From Trichosphaerium sp. ATCC 40318 (taxonomy: Eukaryota > Protista > Tubulinea), in NCBI GenBank assembly GCA_038496445.1, contig JALMLS010000033.1, positions 1-64,000 of the forward strand: a stretch of DNA of 64,000 bases, written 5' to 3'. Made by a program: the position numbers and the translations under genes. A model generated the notes under the pieces. The model was not told the DNA's origin, did not search any database, and worked only from the letters and a program-made list of their open reading frames with translations. Below, piece after piece: positions 63,274 through 64,000 of this stretch (positions are counted from its first letter, which is position 1; every line of letters begins with the position of its first letter).

Positions 63274-64000
63274 TCAAGACTGAACTCTTTTTCTCTTTCT
63301 ACCTCCTGGATCCTCATTCTCTTTGTTATTTACTTCATACTCATGAGTATCTTCTTTATCAGAGCGAGAACGTCTAGCTTTCTGTGTTACACTATCTCTA
63401 TTCTTTTTCTTTGCTTGAAAAGTGTCGTCGCTTTCATCTTTCCACTTGGCAAGCTTTTGTTCAATCTTACGGTTAGCTCCATTCGTATCGAAACCAAGAG
63501 CTACTTCAAGTTGTTTCTTAAAGTTTATAACAAGTCTCACGTGATCTTTTGTGAATTCTTCACGTGTTTCAGAATCAGTTAATATGACATGTAGCATATG
63601 AGCCAAGTTATTAATAAGGAAGGGAATGTACATCTAAAACGGAAAAACGAACAGTTAGAACACAGAAAATTTATTGAAATGAAGTCTTTTTATTTGTTCT
63701 ATACGTACCCTGAGGTTGCCGCTGAGGTGTTTTTTTAATAGAATTGCACCATGGCCTTTGGTTGTATCAACTACTTTGGATAAAAAAGTACCCTATACAT
63801 AATGTTAATACAACCTTTTGAAATTTGTTTTTAGCTAATTTTTTTGTTTTTTCAACAAACGAACCTTAAAGTCAGGACCATCATGAAGACTAGCTACAAG
63901 TTTAAACAAGTACATATAAAGCTCCTTATTTCTTGATTTGAATTCTTGAACAAAAAGTCCTGGACGAAGGCTCAAATGGCTTAAAATATGTTGTGTCGCT
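63274..64000 (-). CDS. 3' exons of an unknown, probably nuclear protein (continues beyond the window)
   Basis: Spliced frame PGLFVQEFKSRNKELYMYLFKLVASLHDGPDFK|...|MYIPFLINNL..., ending in the NLS-like RKRKRVQS*. Confidence 0.65.

Noticed and set aside
1-64000. Prokaryotic operons, CRISPR arrays or rRNA genes
   Set aside because: Genes are interrupted by spliceosomal introns throughout, and I saw no repeat-spacer array or rRNA-like sequence.

Overview
AT-rich, gene-dense, intron-rich eukaryotic (protist) genomic DNA, not prokaryotic. Introns are short, with GTACG/GTAAG donors, CTAAC-like branch points and several GC-AG introns; an amoebozoan-like host is plausible but is only an inference. 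The ORF track therefore shows exon fragments, and I assembled the gene models by hand. Recognisable genes: glyoxylate reductase-like dehydrogenase, GNAT-SHOCT protein, NagB-PIG-L fusion, ankyrin-sirtuin fusion, SAM methyltransferase, two head-to-head secreted HExxH metalloprotease/mucin paralogs in a ~3.4-kb inverted duplication, F-box protein, membrane-anchored LTD-CotH-FN3-mucin protein, NT5C3-like nucleotidase, sodium:solute symporter and two CYP4-clan-like P450s. The best candidate for a new system is a ~7.4-kb spliced gene (11818-19181) that joins a RanBP2 zinc finger, a filamin-like repeat, OB/cold-shock-like folds, a motif-complete DEAD-box helicase and a catalytically intact RNB (RNase II/R, DIS3L2-type) exoribonuclease in one reading frame. 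Also notable are three copies of an unrecognised HSF/ETS-like winged-helix family, a complete non-autonomous hAT element with an 8-bp TSD inside a gene, LINE-like relics, and a hairpin element with tRNA-like termini. Exon boundaries and start codons are approximate, and no database searches were run.
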